This document shows, one piece after another, positions 9,741 to 19,501 of a DNA stretch of 64,000 nucleotides. The first letter of the stretch is position 1; every line of letters begins with the position of its first letter. The notes beneath the pieces are model-generated. The model searched no databases. It was not told where the DNA came from and saw nothing but the letters and a program-made list of their open reading frames with translations. Origin of the DNA: Planctomycetota bacterium (lineage in GTDB: Bacteria; Planctomycetota; UBA8108; UBA1146; JAJFFE01); assembly GCA_050246115.1 (NCBI GenBank), contig JBFWWP010000024.1, positions 13,381 to 77,380 of the forward strand. Reading direction: 5' to 3'. Position numbers and translations under genes: made by a program.

Positions 9741-10352
9741 TCAGATCGGTCGGCGCAGTTCGTTCGCCAACCAGGCGCGGGCCGCGCGCCAGTCGCGAAG
9801 GACGGTAGCTTCGGAGACCTGCAGGAGCTGCGCGATCTCCGCCACCTCGAGGCCACCGAAGAAGCGGCCCTCGATCATGGCGGCTTGGCGTGGGTTCATC
9901 TTTCGTAGAGCCTCGAGCGCCGCGTCCAGCGCGAGCACATCCTCTCCCCCGGAGTCCGGCGACGCGGTCATGCGGTCGGCGGACGCCGGAGCGAGCGCCT
10001 CGTCGAAGACCACCGGAACGATCCCGGACCCACGCCGCTCGGCGTTGCGGCGGCGGGCCGCCTCGACCAGCACTTGACGGATGGCGCGGGCCGCAATGCG
10101 CTTGAAGTGGAGTACCGAGACCACGGTGAGCGGCGGCGACGACGCCAACTTGATCCACGCCTCGTTGACCAACGCCGTTGGATTCAACGTCGCCCGGGCA
10201 TCGGTCGCCCGCACGGTGGACGCGAGCCGGCGCAGTTCCTCATAGATCATGCTGAAGAGCTGGTCGAGGTGGGCACGATCGCCCGTCCAGCCGGCGAGAT
10301 CGCCGGACTCGAGCGCTCCGTCCTCGAAGTTCATCCACGGTCCGGGTTCCAT
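9741..10352 (-). CDS. ECF-type RNA polymerase sigma factor (kinase-paired, ECF43-like)
   Basis: LDQLFSMIYEELRRLAS (region 2 start) and C-terminal HTH LEVAEIAQLLQVSEATVLRDWRAARAWL. Its stop lies 10 nt upstream of the kinase start. Start is ATG 10352 or 10334. Confidence 0.85.
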   Translation of the reverse strand: MEPGPWMNFEDGALESGDLAGWTGDRAHLDQLFSMIYEELRRLASTVRATDARATLNPTALVNEAWIKLASSPPLTVVSVLHFKRIAARAIRQVLVEAARRRNAERRGSGIVPVVFDEALAPASADRMTASPDSGGEDVLALDAALEALRKMNPRQAAMIEGRFFGGLEVAEIAQLLQVSEATVLRDWRAARAWLANELRRPI

Positions 10353-10546
10353 CTCGCCCGATCCGATCCCCTGCGAGAGTCGACACTCACTGGGGCGGCA
10401 CCGGATCCGGCCCCGCCCCAATCTATCCATCAAAACTCGGATCGCAATGACGGGTCGCGCCTGCGGATTGCGCAATGCATGGGTGAAACCGGCAACGGCC
10501 GACGAGCCCGCTCAGCCGGACCCGTCCCCCAACTCGAGGAGGTCCC

Positions 10547-10870
10547 ATGCAACCCATCGAACGAAGCCCGTTCCTGAGCCTCGACCAACAACGTGTCGTC
10601 GGATTCCTGAGATCGATCGGGACCCGCGACCCCGACGTGCTCCACGCCCAGAAAGCCAACCTGGACTCGCTCGCGAAGTTTCCTAAGTACGTGGGCGTCT
10701 ACCTCATGGTGTTGGGGGGACTGCTCACGGCCACGGTCCTCGGCGCCTTCCTCGGCATCCCGCTGCTGATCTTCGGATGGTGGGTTCGTCGGCGCGGCGT
10801 TCGCAACATCGCAACGGTGGAAGCCGGCTACGGCGAATTCATGGCGAACTCCGGAGCGGCGGCCGCCTGA
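10547..10870 (+). CDS. hypothetical small membrane protein
   Basis: GAGGAGG lies just upstream of the ATG. Hydrophobic stretch VGVYLMVLGGLLTATVLGAFLGIPLLIFGWWV (two TM helices). No recognisable family. Confidence 0.5.
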   Translation: MQPIERSPFLSLDQQRVVGFLRSIGTRDPDVLHAQKANLDSLAKFPKYVGVYLMVLGGLLTATVLGAFLGIPLLIFGWWVRRRGVRNIATVEAGYGEFMANSGAAAA

Positions 10871-11137
10871 GCGAGTCCGTCCCCGGCAGCGCGCCGAGGT
10901 CCGAACACACCGTCGAAGATCACCCCGACGTGCAATGCGACCCCGGTCCTGCTCGGCGGCGCGCCCGTGAACGCGGGAGCTCGAGGAGGCGGCGGGCTGG
11001 GCGAAGCCCGCGGCGGCCGCGCGTCAGCCGCGGTGGGACTGGGGTCACGAAGCACGCTCGGGTCCGATCCGAGCCCGGGCGTCGCCCGGCCCCGTTTGCG
11101 GCGCCGATCCCCGGCCACCCGAGCGATGGAGCCGGCG

Positions 11138-13249
11138 TCAACCCTTGGGTTCGAGTTGGGGGAGCTCGGCGTCGGCGCGCACGAGCGGGTCCTGCGACAA
11201 CGCCCACGCACCCGCCACGCCGCCGCGCCGGCGCCCGGCCTCCCAAGGGTTGCGCAGTTCTCGCAGGTAGCGTTCTTCGAACGTGCGCAGGGCGCGGTCG
11301 ATTCCCGACAGCGAGAACCGCAGCCGTACCCCGTCGCTGCGCGCCAGGTGCCGCCCGGGCTCGCGGCTCCCGTCGGTCTTGGGGGAAGCTCGCTCCGCGA
11401 GCTGGCGAAAGACGTTCGCCCCGCCGCGAAGGAAGTAGAGGAATGTGTGGTGCGTCGAGATGGCGCCCGCCCACGGATAGCTCGCGAGTCGATATCGGTC
11501 GGCCAACCGATCGATGTGGTCCTCGAGTTCGCGCAGTTCTTCCGGCCTCAGCGCCGCGTCGCGGGTGCGGAAGCGCGCGTACAGACGAAAATCGTCGGCC
11601 TCGGAGAACATGACTTCGGCGACGCCGAAGCGGTCCGGCTCTTGCGCGACCAGCGAGCCGGGCTGCAGACCGAACTCGCCGACGATGAAGAGGCTCACGT
11701 CGTCGCGCTGTTCCTCGATCCAATGCACGGTGTCCAACGCCTCCGCGAGCGACTCCGTGGGGTGCCCCGTGAACGTCATCCACTCCGTCGCCACGCCGGC
11801 GCGTTGGAACCGTCGGCTCACGTCCGTGAGCACCGATCGATCCGCTCCCTTGTCCATGAGTTCCAAGATCCGGTTCGATCCGCTCTCCATCCCAAAAGCC
11901 GCGGACCGTAGTCCCGACTTGAACAACAGCTCACAACGCTGCGGCGTGAAGTAGTCGTCCAGCTTGAAGTCCGAAGACCAGTGGATCTTGAGCTTGCGGT
12001 CGACGATCGCCTGCGCGAATCGCACGGCATACGACGGGGAGAGCACGTCGCAGGAGATATAGAAGTTCCGCACCCCGTGCCGGCGGGCGAGGCGGGCGAG
12101 GTGGCTCGCCGCGACGTCCGGAGGCACCTCGCGATAACGCGCGGTGCCACGCTCGGTCAACCCGTAGTAGCAAAAGGAACAGCGTCCCCAGTAGCAGCCG
12201 CGGGTGGGTGCGTACAGCAGAGTGCGGCTCGGTGCCAAGTAGGCATCGAGGTCCAGGTCGGAGTAGTCGGGTAGCGGCGAGGTGCGAACGTCGAAAGCGC
12301 GCGTGGGCCCTTGCGCGAGCGTGCCCGTCGCCGCGTCTCGGTACAGCAAGTTGGGGACCTCCGCGAGGACCTGGGACCGGACGGCGGGGTCCGCACCGGT
12401 CCACTGGGGCAGCCGCTCGAAGAGCTCCGTCAGCGTCTCCTCGCCTTCGTACAAGCCCACGCCGTCGACGTAGTCGAAGAGCTGGGAACGACGCGCTTCG
12501 TCCATGTGCACGACCGCCTGGTGCAGGCACGGGCCACCCATCGCCAAGAATGCCTGGGGGGCGGCGGTGCGGAGGAAGCGGGCCAAGTGAAACGCCTCGG
12601 GGATCTGACTGGGGAACACCACGGACAGACCAACGAAGTCCACTCGGCTCAGGTCGACGGCGCCGTCCACGTCCTCGAGGTCATCGAACGTTGGCCTGAA
12701 GCGTTGCGCGTAGAACTCGCGCAACGGACTCCGGCCCGACTCACAGTAGGTCCTGAGCGTCGCGAATCCCCAGGGGAGGAAGCGGTGCGCGGCTTCGTTG
12801 AAACCGAATCGGTACGGAAAGTGAACCCCACCCAACAGGCGAAAGGCGATGTCGACTTGGCGCCGGGCAGCCTGGTATCGGTCCCATTGGTAGAAGTCGT
12901 CGGCATCGGCCAACGCGGCGACCGGTCCTGGCGCTCCGAGCAAACGTTCGCATTGCTCCAACGCCTCGGCCAGCTCGCGATATTGGAGCTGCTCCGAGAA
13001 CGTCAATCGCGCGGCCGCGTTGAGTCGCGCCAGTTGCTCGCGGGCCCGGTTCGTCAGGTCTTCGAGTGCAGCGGGCGCGAGCAGGTGGCGCACGGCTTCC
13101 AGGTTCAGGTCCATGACCGTGGTATGCCAGCCGCGCTCGGCGAGATATGCCTTGAGGGTCGGGAGGCTCAGGTACGGCTGAGTCGGGTCGGCGAACGCAG
13201 GGTGGATCAGCAACCGCTCCCGGACCACACTGCGCGCGGAGTCGAGCAC
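11138..13249 (-). CDS. B12-binding-domain radical SAM protein
   Basis: N-terminal B12-binding-like domain (LLIHPAF...YLSLPTLKAYL) and Cys cluster RGCYWGRCSFCYYG. Start placed at GTG 13247-13249 (GAGG 7 nt upstream) because a strong terminator hairpin lies inside the longer track ORF (to 13420). Start uncertain. Confidence 0.82.
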   Translation of the reverse strand: MLDSARSVVRERLLIHPAFADPTQPYLSLPTLKAYLAERGWHTTVMDLNLEAVRHLLAPAALEDLTNRAREQLARLNAAARLTFSEQLQYRELAEALEQCERLLGAPGPVAALADADDFYQWDRYQAARRQVDIAFRLLGGVHFPYRFGFNEAAHRFLPWGFATLRTYCESGRSPLREFYAQRFRPTFDDLEDVDGAVDLSRVDFVGLSVVFPSQIPEAFHLARFLRTAAPQAFLAMGGPCLHQAVVHMDEARRSQLFDYVDGVGLYEGEETLTELFERLPQWTGADPAVRSQVLAEVPNLLYRDAATGTLAQGPTRAFDVRTSPLPDYSDLDLDAYLAPSRTLLYAPTRGCYWGRCSFCYYGLTERGTARYREVPPDVAASHLARLARRHGVRNFYISCDVLSPSYAVRFAQAIVDRKLKIHWSSDFKLDDYFTPQRCELLFKSGLRSAAFGMESGSNRILELMDKGADRSVLTDVSRRFQRAGVATEWMTFTGHPTESLAEALDTVHWIEEQRDDVSLFIVGEFGLQPGSLVAQEPDRFGVAEVMFSEADDFRLYARFRTRDAALRPEELRELEDHIDRLADRYRLASYPWAGAISTHHTFLYFLRGGANVFRQLAERASPKTDGSREPGRHLARSDGVRLRFSLSGIDRALRTFEERYLRELRNPWEAGRRRGGVAGAWALSQDPLVRADAELPQLEPKG

Positions 13250-13297
13250 CGGACAACCTCGTCGTTGAGCAAGGCGGCGTGATCGGACCTGAGGACG

Positions 13298-13342
13298 CCA
13301 AGAACAAGAATACCGGGAGGCCCTTGGGCTTGGGCCTCCCGG
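13298..13342 (-). terminator. intrinsic terminator/attenuator between the small ORF and the radical SAM gene
   Basis: Perfect 11-bp stem CCGGGAGGCCC/GGGCCTCCCGG (13313-13323 and 13332-13342) with an 8-nt loop, followed on the minus strand by UAUUCUUGUUCUUGG. Confidence 0.55.
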
Positions 13343-13427
13343 CAGTGTTCTTAGCGCAGTAGGGAGTGGAGGTGAAGAGCTCTCGCGGCCAGGGTGGGCG
13401 GGCTCACCCTGCTCGCTCAAATCCCGC

Positions 13428-13550
13428 TTAGCGCTTCGGCCCCGGCTTCTGCGGGGCTGCGCCCGGCTTCGACGGGGTCGTCGGGGCGGGCGCCGGTTTG
13501 CCGGCCGGTTTGTTCGGTTGCGACTGCGAGCGGGGTTGGTTCTGGTTCAT
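13428..13550 (-). CDS. 40-aa Pro/Lys-rich small ORF (MNQNQPRSQSQPNKPAGKPAPAPTTPSKPGAAPQKPGPKR)
   Basis: Hand-translated; it is below the track length cutoff. ATG 13548-13550 with GAAGGAG 8 nt upstream. The third codon position is mostly G/C, as in real genes here. TAA stop at 13428-13430. Composition is also what GC-rich noise can give. Confidence 0.35.
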   Translation of the reverse strand: MNQNQPRSQSQPNKPAGKPAPAPTTPSKPGAAPQKPGPKR

Positions 13551-13593
13551 CGCGAGGACTCCTTCAGGATCTCACGTTGGACTCTCTTGGGCG

Positions 13594-13609
13594 GCTGTTT
13601 CCAAACAGC
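13594..13609. promoter_or_regulatory. dyad GCTGTTT-CC-AAACAGC in the divergent control region
   Basis: 7+7 bp inverted repeat 44-59 nt upstream of the small-ORF ATG, at the edge of an unusually AT-rich intergenic stretch (about 13650-13860). Confidence 0.2.
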
Positions 13610-13912
13610 GTCGACGCACGAAGAGCAAGTCCGCGCACAGAGCCGGAAGAATCTCCGCAAGCCACAATAATTTCACATTTTAGAGAAACTCGAGACAAGC
13701 CCATCGAGATGTCTGAAGGGGTATTTTCGGATGCTCTGTTCCGAATTGTTCGGCATTCAAAATCTGATTTCTTCGTGAACGACTCCCCAGAAACTCCCCG
13801 GCGCTCCCTGGAGACTCGCTGGACACAAACGCTAGTGAATGGAACCATAAGGGCTTGAGACGGTCCGCTGAAGTCGATCGGCACTCGCCGTCAAACCGGA
13901 AAGGGGATTCCG

Positions 13913-15346
<1,434 letters not shown>

Positions 15347-15349
<3 letters not shown>

Positions 15350-15540
15350 GGAGTCGCTCAAGAATAACTTCGACATCTTGCCGTCGATTTGGGTCAGATT
15401 CGGCCGATCCGGAAAGCTCGAAACCGGAGGCGTAGCCTTAGTTCCGGTGAGGATTTCGAGGTTTTCGGAGCGGTCGAAGATGGCCCGAAGCGACGAGCAA
15501 GAGGGTGAAGTTATTCTTGGGCGACTCCTAAGGAGTCGCC
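15347..15540. mobile_element. MITE-like element copy A (179 bp core 15350-15528, flanking TAA, plus a 9-nt extra end)
   Basis: Terminal inverted repeats GGAGTCGC(T/C)CAAGAATAACTTC ... GAAGTTATTCTTGGGCGACTCC. TAA on both sides (15347-15349 and 15529-15531). 6 substitutions in 179 bp versus the copy at 59040-59218. No ORF. The whole element is an imperfect long palindrome. Confidence 0.78.
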
Positions 15541-15579
15541 GTTGCCGTCGGTCGCGGTGCACCCGCCATAGGGTCAGTG

Positions 15580-18336
15580 TCAGTCGAACGAGTACCCGAA
15601 CTCGCTGTTCGCCGCGGTCACGTGCACGCGCTTCAGCTCCCGTCCGTCGAGCATTCGGGTCAGAATCTCCTCGCTGATCGTCGGCAGAACCGTGTTCGTG
15701 AGGATGGCGTCGATCATGCGCCCGCCGCTCTCGAGCTCCGTGCACCGCTTGACGATGGTCGCCACGACATCGTCATCGTACGTGAACGGAACCTTGTGAT
15801 TCGCCTCGATGCGCTTCTTGATCCGGCCGAGTTGCAGGCGCGTAATCGAGCCAACCACTTCGTCGGTCAGCGGGTAGTACGGAATCACCACCAGACGCCC
15901 GAGCAAGGCCGCTGGGAAAGTCTTGAGCAAGGGCTCGCGCAACGCCTTGGCAATACCCTCGGAACTCGGCGTCAACTCGGGGTCCTTGCACATCGACAGG
16001 ATCAGGTCGCTGCCGACGTTCGACGTCAGCAGGATCAAGGTGTTCTTGAAGTCGATGAAGCGACCCTCACCATCCTCCATCCACCCCTTGTCGAAGACCT
16101 GGAAGAAGATCTCGTGCACGTCGGGGTGAGCTTTCTCGACCTCGTCGAGCAATACCACCGAGTAGGGCTTGCGGCGAACCGCCTCGGTGAGGATCCCGCC
16201 TTCGCCATAACCCACGTAACCCGGAGGCGCGCCCTTGAGGGTCGAGACCGTATGCGCCTCCTGGAACTCGCTCATGTTGATGGTCACGACGTTGTGTTCA
16301 CCGCCGTACAAGATCTCCGACAGGGCGAGGGCGGTCTCGGTCTTGCCGACGCCCGACGGACCCGCAAGCAGGAACACGCCGATGGGCTTCTGCGGGTTGT
16401 CGAGGCTCGCACGCGAGGTCTGGACGCGACGCGCGATCTGCTCGAGGGCATGCCGCTGCCCGACAACCCGCTGATTCAAGAGCTCGGGTAGCCGGAGCAC
16501 GGTCTCGATCTCGTTCTTGACCATGCGCCCGACCGGAATGCCGGTCCAATCTGCGACCACCGACGCGACCGCTTGGCCATCGACCGACGGCAAGATCAAG
16601 GGACGCTCCCCTTGCAGTACCGCCAGCTCCGCTTGGAGAGTCGTCAACGTCGCGAGCTTCGCCGCTCGCTCGTCGTCCGTGAGCGCCTGCGGGGCTGCCG
16701 AGGTCACCGTATCCACGGCGGTGACATTGGCCGCCGCGTCGGCCTTCTTCTCGATCTCGCTGGCGGTGCCCTCGACCTTGCCCACGTGCCCCCGCAACTC
16801 GCCCCGGATCGCGAGCACCTGGTCTACCAGGCCCTTCTCGCGCTGCCAGCGATCGTCCAACTCCGCCAGACGCCCCTGCTCGGCCGCGAGCTTCTCGCGG
16901 GCCGCATGTTCCCGACTGGCCGTGGGAATCCCTACCGCGGTCTCGCGGCCAATGATCTCGAGTTCGGTCTCGAGCGCGGAAATCCGCTTGCGACAGTCAT
17001 CCACCTCGGCCGGCACCGAGTGCTGGCTGATCGCGACGCGCGCCGCGGTGGTGTCGAGCAAGCTCACGGACTTGTCGGGCAACTGCCGCGCCGGGATGTA
17101 GCGATGGGACAGTCGCACGGACGCCTCGAGCGCTTCGTCGAGAATCTGTACGCGGTGGTGCTTCTCGAGAGTCGAGGCAACCCCACGCATCATCAGAATC
17201 CCCTTCTCCTCGCTCGGCTCGTCCACCTGCACGACTTGGAAGCGACGCGTCAACGCCGGGTCCTTCTCAATGTGCTTCTTGTATTCAGCCCAGGTCGTGG
17301 CAGCGATGGTTCGCAAGGTGCCGCGCGCCAGAGCCGGCTTCAGGAGGTTCGCCGCATCGCCCGTGCCGGCGGCTCCACCAGCACCGATCAAGGTGTGTGC
17401 CTCATCGATGAACAAGATGATCGGCTTCTCGGACGACTGCACTTCCTCGATCACCTGCCGCAGCCGATTCTCGAACTCACCCTTCATGCTCGCGCCCGCT
17501 TGGAGCAGCCCGATGTCGAGCGACCGGAGCGTGACGTCCTTGATCGACGGGGGCACGTCTCCACGAGCGATCCGCAGGGCAAACCCCTCGACCACGGCCG
17601 TCTTCCCGACTCCAGCCTCACCCGTGAGGATCGGGTTGTTCTGCCGACGCCGCATGAGGATGTCGACGATCTGGCGGATCTCCTCGTCACGACCGACGAT
17701 GGGGTCGATCTCGCCCTGGCGCGCTCGCTCCGTGAGGTCGACCGAGTAGGTTCGGAGGGCCTCCTGCTTCCCCATCTGCGCGGGGGCCATCGCGCCGCTG
17801 GCCTCGCCCGGAACTGCGCCGCCACCCACCTGGGTGCCATCCTGAGCGTGCAACCCCGCCTCGATCGAGTCGCCGACGATCTTGTCGAAGTGTGAGGTCA
17901 GGTCGTCGACCGAGACCTTGTCGAACTCCGTCGAGATTCCCAGGAGCGCACTGCGAAGACCGCGGGTCTTCAACAACCCCACCAAGAGGTGTCCGCTCCG
18001 GACCTGCGAGTCACCGAACATCAGCGTGCCGTAGACCCAACCGCGCTCGACGGCTTCTTCCAAGTGGGCCGACAGATCCGAGATCGAGGTCGATCCCCGG
18101 GGCAGCCGATCGAGGGCGTCCGTGAAGTCCTTGGCTACGACCGAAGGATTGAGTTTGAAGTGGCGAATCACCCGCTGGAGATCGGAGTCCTGGAGCTGCA
18201 GGATCTGGTGCAACCAGTGCACGAGTTCGACGTAGGGGTTGCCCCGCATCTTGCAGAACACCGTCGCGCTCTCGATCGACTTGTAACCGACGCGGTTGAG
18301 CTTGCCAAAGAGCTTGGCCCGGCTGATCTCCGTCAT
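15580..18336 (-). CDS. tssH: T6SS AAA+ ATPase ClpV (TssH)
   Basis: ClpV-type N-domain (MTEISRAKLFGKLN...VELVHWLHQILQ) and two Walker A sites, GEAGVGKT and GPSGVGKT. 918 aa. Confidence 0.95.
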   Translation of the reverse strand: MTEISRAKLFGKLNRVGYKSIESATVFCKMRGNPYVELVHWLHQILQLQDSDLQRVIRHFKLNPSVVAKDFTDALDRLPRGSTSISDLSAHLEEAVERGWVYGTLMFGDSQVRSGHLLVGLLKTRGLRSALLGISTEFDKVSVDDLTSHFDKIVGDSIEAGLHAQDGTQVGGGAVPGEASGAMAPAQMGKQEALRTYSVDLTERARQGEIDPIVGRDEEIRQIVDILMRRRQNNPILTGEAGVGKTAVVEGFALRIARGDVPPSIKDVTLRSLDIGLLQAGASMKGEFENRLRQVIEEVQSSEKPIILFIDEAHTLIGAGGAAGTGDAANLLKPALARGTLRTIAATTWAEYKKHIEKDPALTRRFQVVQVDEPSEEKGILMMRGVASTLEKHHRVQILDEALEASVRLSHRYIPARQLPDKSVSLLDTTAARVAISQHSVPAEVDDCRKRISALETELEIIGRETAVGIPTASREHAAREKLAAEQGRLAELDDRWQREKGLVDQVLAIRGELRGHVGKVEGTASEIEKKADAAANVTAVDTVTSAAPQALTDDERAAKLATLTTLQAELAVLQGERPLILPSVDGQAVASVVADWTGIPVGRMVKNEIETVLRLPELLNQRVVGQRHALEQIARRVQTSRASLDNPQKPIGVFLLAGPSGVGKTETALALSEILYGGEHNVVTINMSEFQEAHTVSTLKGAPPGYVGYGEGGILTEAVRRKPYSVVLLDEVEKAHPDVHEIFFQVFDKGWMEDGEGRFIDFKNTLILLTSNVGSDLILSMCKDPELTPSSEGIAKALREPLLKTFPAALLGRLVVIPYYPLTDEVVGSITRLQLGRIKKRIEANHKVPFTYDDDVVATIVKRCTELESGGRMIDAILTNTVLPTISEEILTRMLDGRELKRVHVTAANSEFGYSFD

Positions 18337-18412
18337 GTGGATCCGCTCTTTCTATGCCTTGTCACGCAACTTCCGATACTCAGCACCGCCCGCTCGGCGC
18401 GGCGTTCGCAAC

Positions 18413-19411
18413 TCAGGCGAGCGGTAGGACGAGGTCGCCCGCGTCCGCTTCCTTTGGCCGGCTCACCAGCCACGAGGTCCGACCCAGCTGCTGAGTGCTC
18501 CCGAGCGCGAGCGGTGTGACCCCTTCACGCGCGAGGATCAGCCGCACGTCGTAGCCCAACTCGAATCCGATGTAGTTCCGCACCGCAGCGCGAAGTCGAG
18601 CGATACTGCGGCCTCCCGGCAACAGCCGAACATAGTCCGCCAGGCCCATGGGCCCGAGCACGATACGGAATTTCTGCGTACACTCCCAGACACGTCCGCC
18701 CAAGACCACGGAGGTCCCCAAGACCGCGGTGTTCGAACCAGCCCCGAGGCGCGTCACCGAGTCGGCCGGCAGCTCGAGCCAATGCCCCACGAACTGCTCG
18801 ACCCGAGCGGGAACGCGAAAGTAGTCCTCGAGCACGATGGCGAGGCCCTCCGCCGACCGTGTCGGGTGGGCGTAGAGACCGGCGTGGTACAGCTTCGCCT
18901 GATGCGGAAACTCGTCGCGCTCGCGCAGCGACTCGGGTCCACGCCCGCACACCGAACCCACGTAGAGCTGGAATCGATCGCTGCGCGGGCGATCCAGGTG
19001 AACCGTCGGCTGGGCATCGGCCCAGGCCCGGTAGAACAGGCTAATGAGACGGTGGTGAAAGATGTCGAGGAAGCGCGCGAAGGTGCGATCGGAGTGATTC
19101 TGAATGCGATCGATCGCATGCTCGGTGAGGTGGAGCGGCAGCGGGCCATTCGGACCGAACAACCCCGGGAACAACACCTTGAGCCAGGGCGTCTCGCCAC
19201 GGTCTTTCCCGAAGCGCTCGAGCGTGGTCGGCGCGAACCCGAGAGACGGAGTCTGCCCCAACCGTACGGGGTCGTCCCCCGCCCGGCGCGAAGTTCCCAG
19301 GCGCGGGTGGTCCGCGAACACGCACTCGAGCCGGCGCAAAGCCTGATCCAAGTGGAATCGATGCGGCTCGCGAGCCAGCGCCTGCATCAGTGCCAGTTCC
19401 GCGTCAGGCAA
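18413..19411 (-). CDS. tssG: T6SS baseplate subunit TssG
   Basis: PHRFHLDQALRRLE, DDPVRLGQTPSLGFAPTTL, and its position after tssF. Start is TTG 19411 or ATG 19387. Confidence 0.9.
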   Translation of the reverse strand: MPDAELALMQALAREPHRFHLDQALRRLECVFADHPRLGTSRRAGDDPVRLGQTPSLGFAPTTLERFGKDRGETPWLKVLFPGLFGPNGPLPLHLTEHAIDRIQNHSDRTFARFLDIFHHRLISLFYRAWADAQPTVHLDRPRSDRFQLYVGSVCGRGPESLRERDEFPHQAKLYHAGLYAHPTRSAEGLAIVLEDYFRVPARVEQFVGHWLELPADSVTRLGAGSNTAVLGTSVVLGGRVWECTQKFRIVLGPMGLADYVRLLPGGRSIARLRAAVRNYIGFELGYDVRLILAREGVTPLALGSTQQLGRTSWLVSRPKEADAGDLVLPLA

Positions 19412-19501
19412 CCTTGCCCCTCCTGATCCGGAGTCGCGGGCTCAGGGCGACCCCGCGCCGCTTGGGGTCCGCCTCCCCAGCCGGCGTTCGGGCCTTCCCA
19501 T

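Noticed and set aside
13250-13420. Longer start (TTG 13420) for the radical SAM protein.
   Set aside because: The segment contains a perfect 11-bp terminator hairpin with a U tract and encodes a low-complexity Pro/Ser/Arg sequence. GTG 13249 with GAGG upstream fits better, though the start is still unproven.
13622-13640. Possible sigma-54 promoter for the small ORF (minus strand CTGTGCGCGGACTTGCT).
   Set aside because: The -12 TTGCT is fine, but the -24 element reads TGTGC and lacks the conserved GG.
15378-15677. 99-aa ORF, and the matching part of ORF 57100..59265, giving the same peptide (ILPSIWVRFGRSGKL...).
   Set aside because: The identity comes from translating through the two MITE copies. 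There are no ribosome-binding sites, and the reading frames are interrupted differently outside the repeat.
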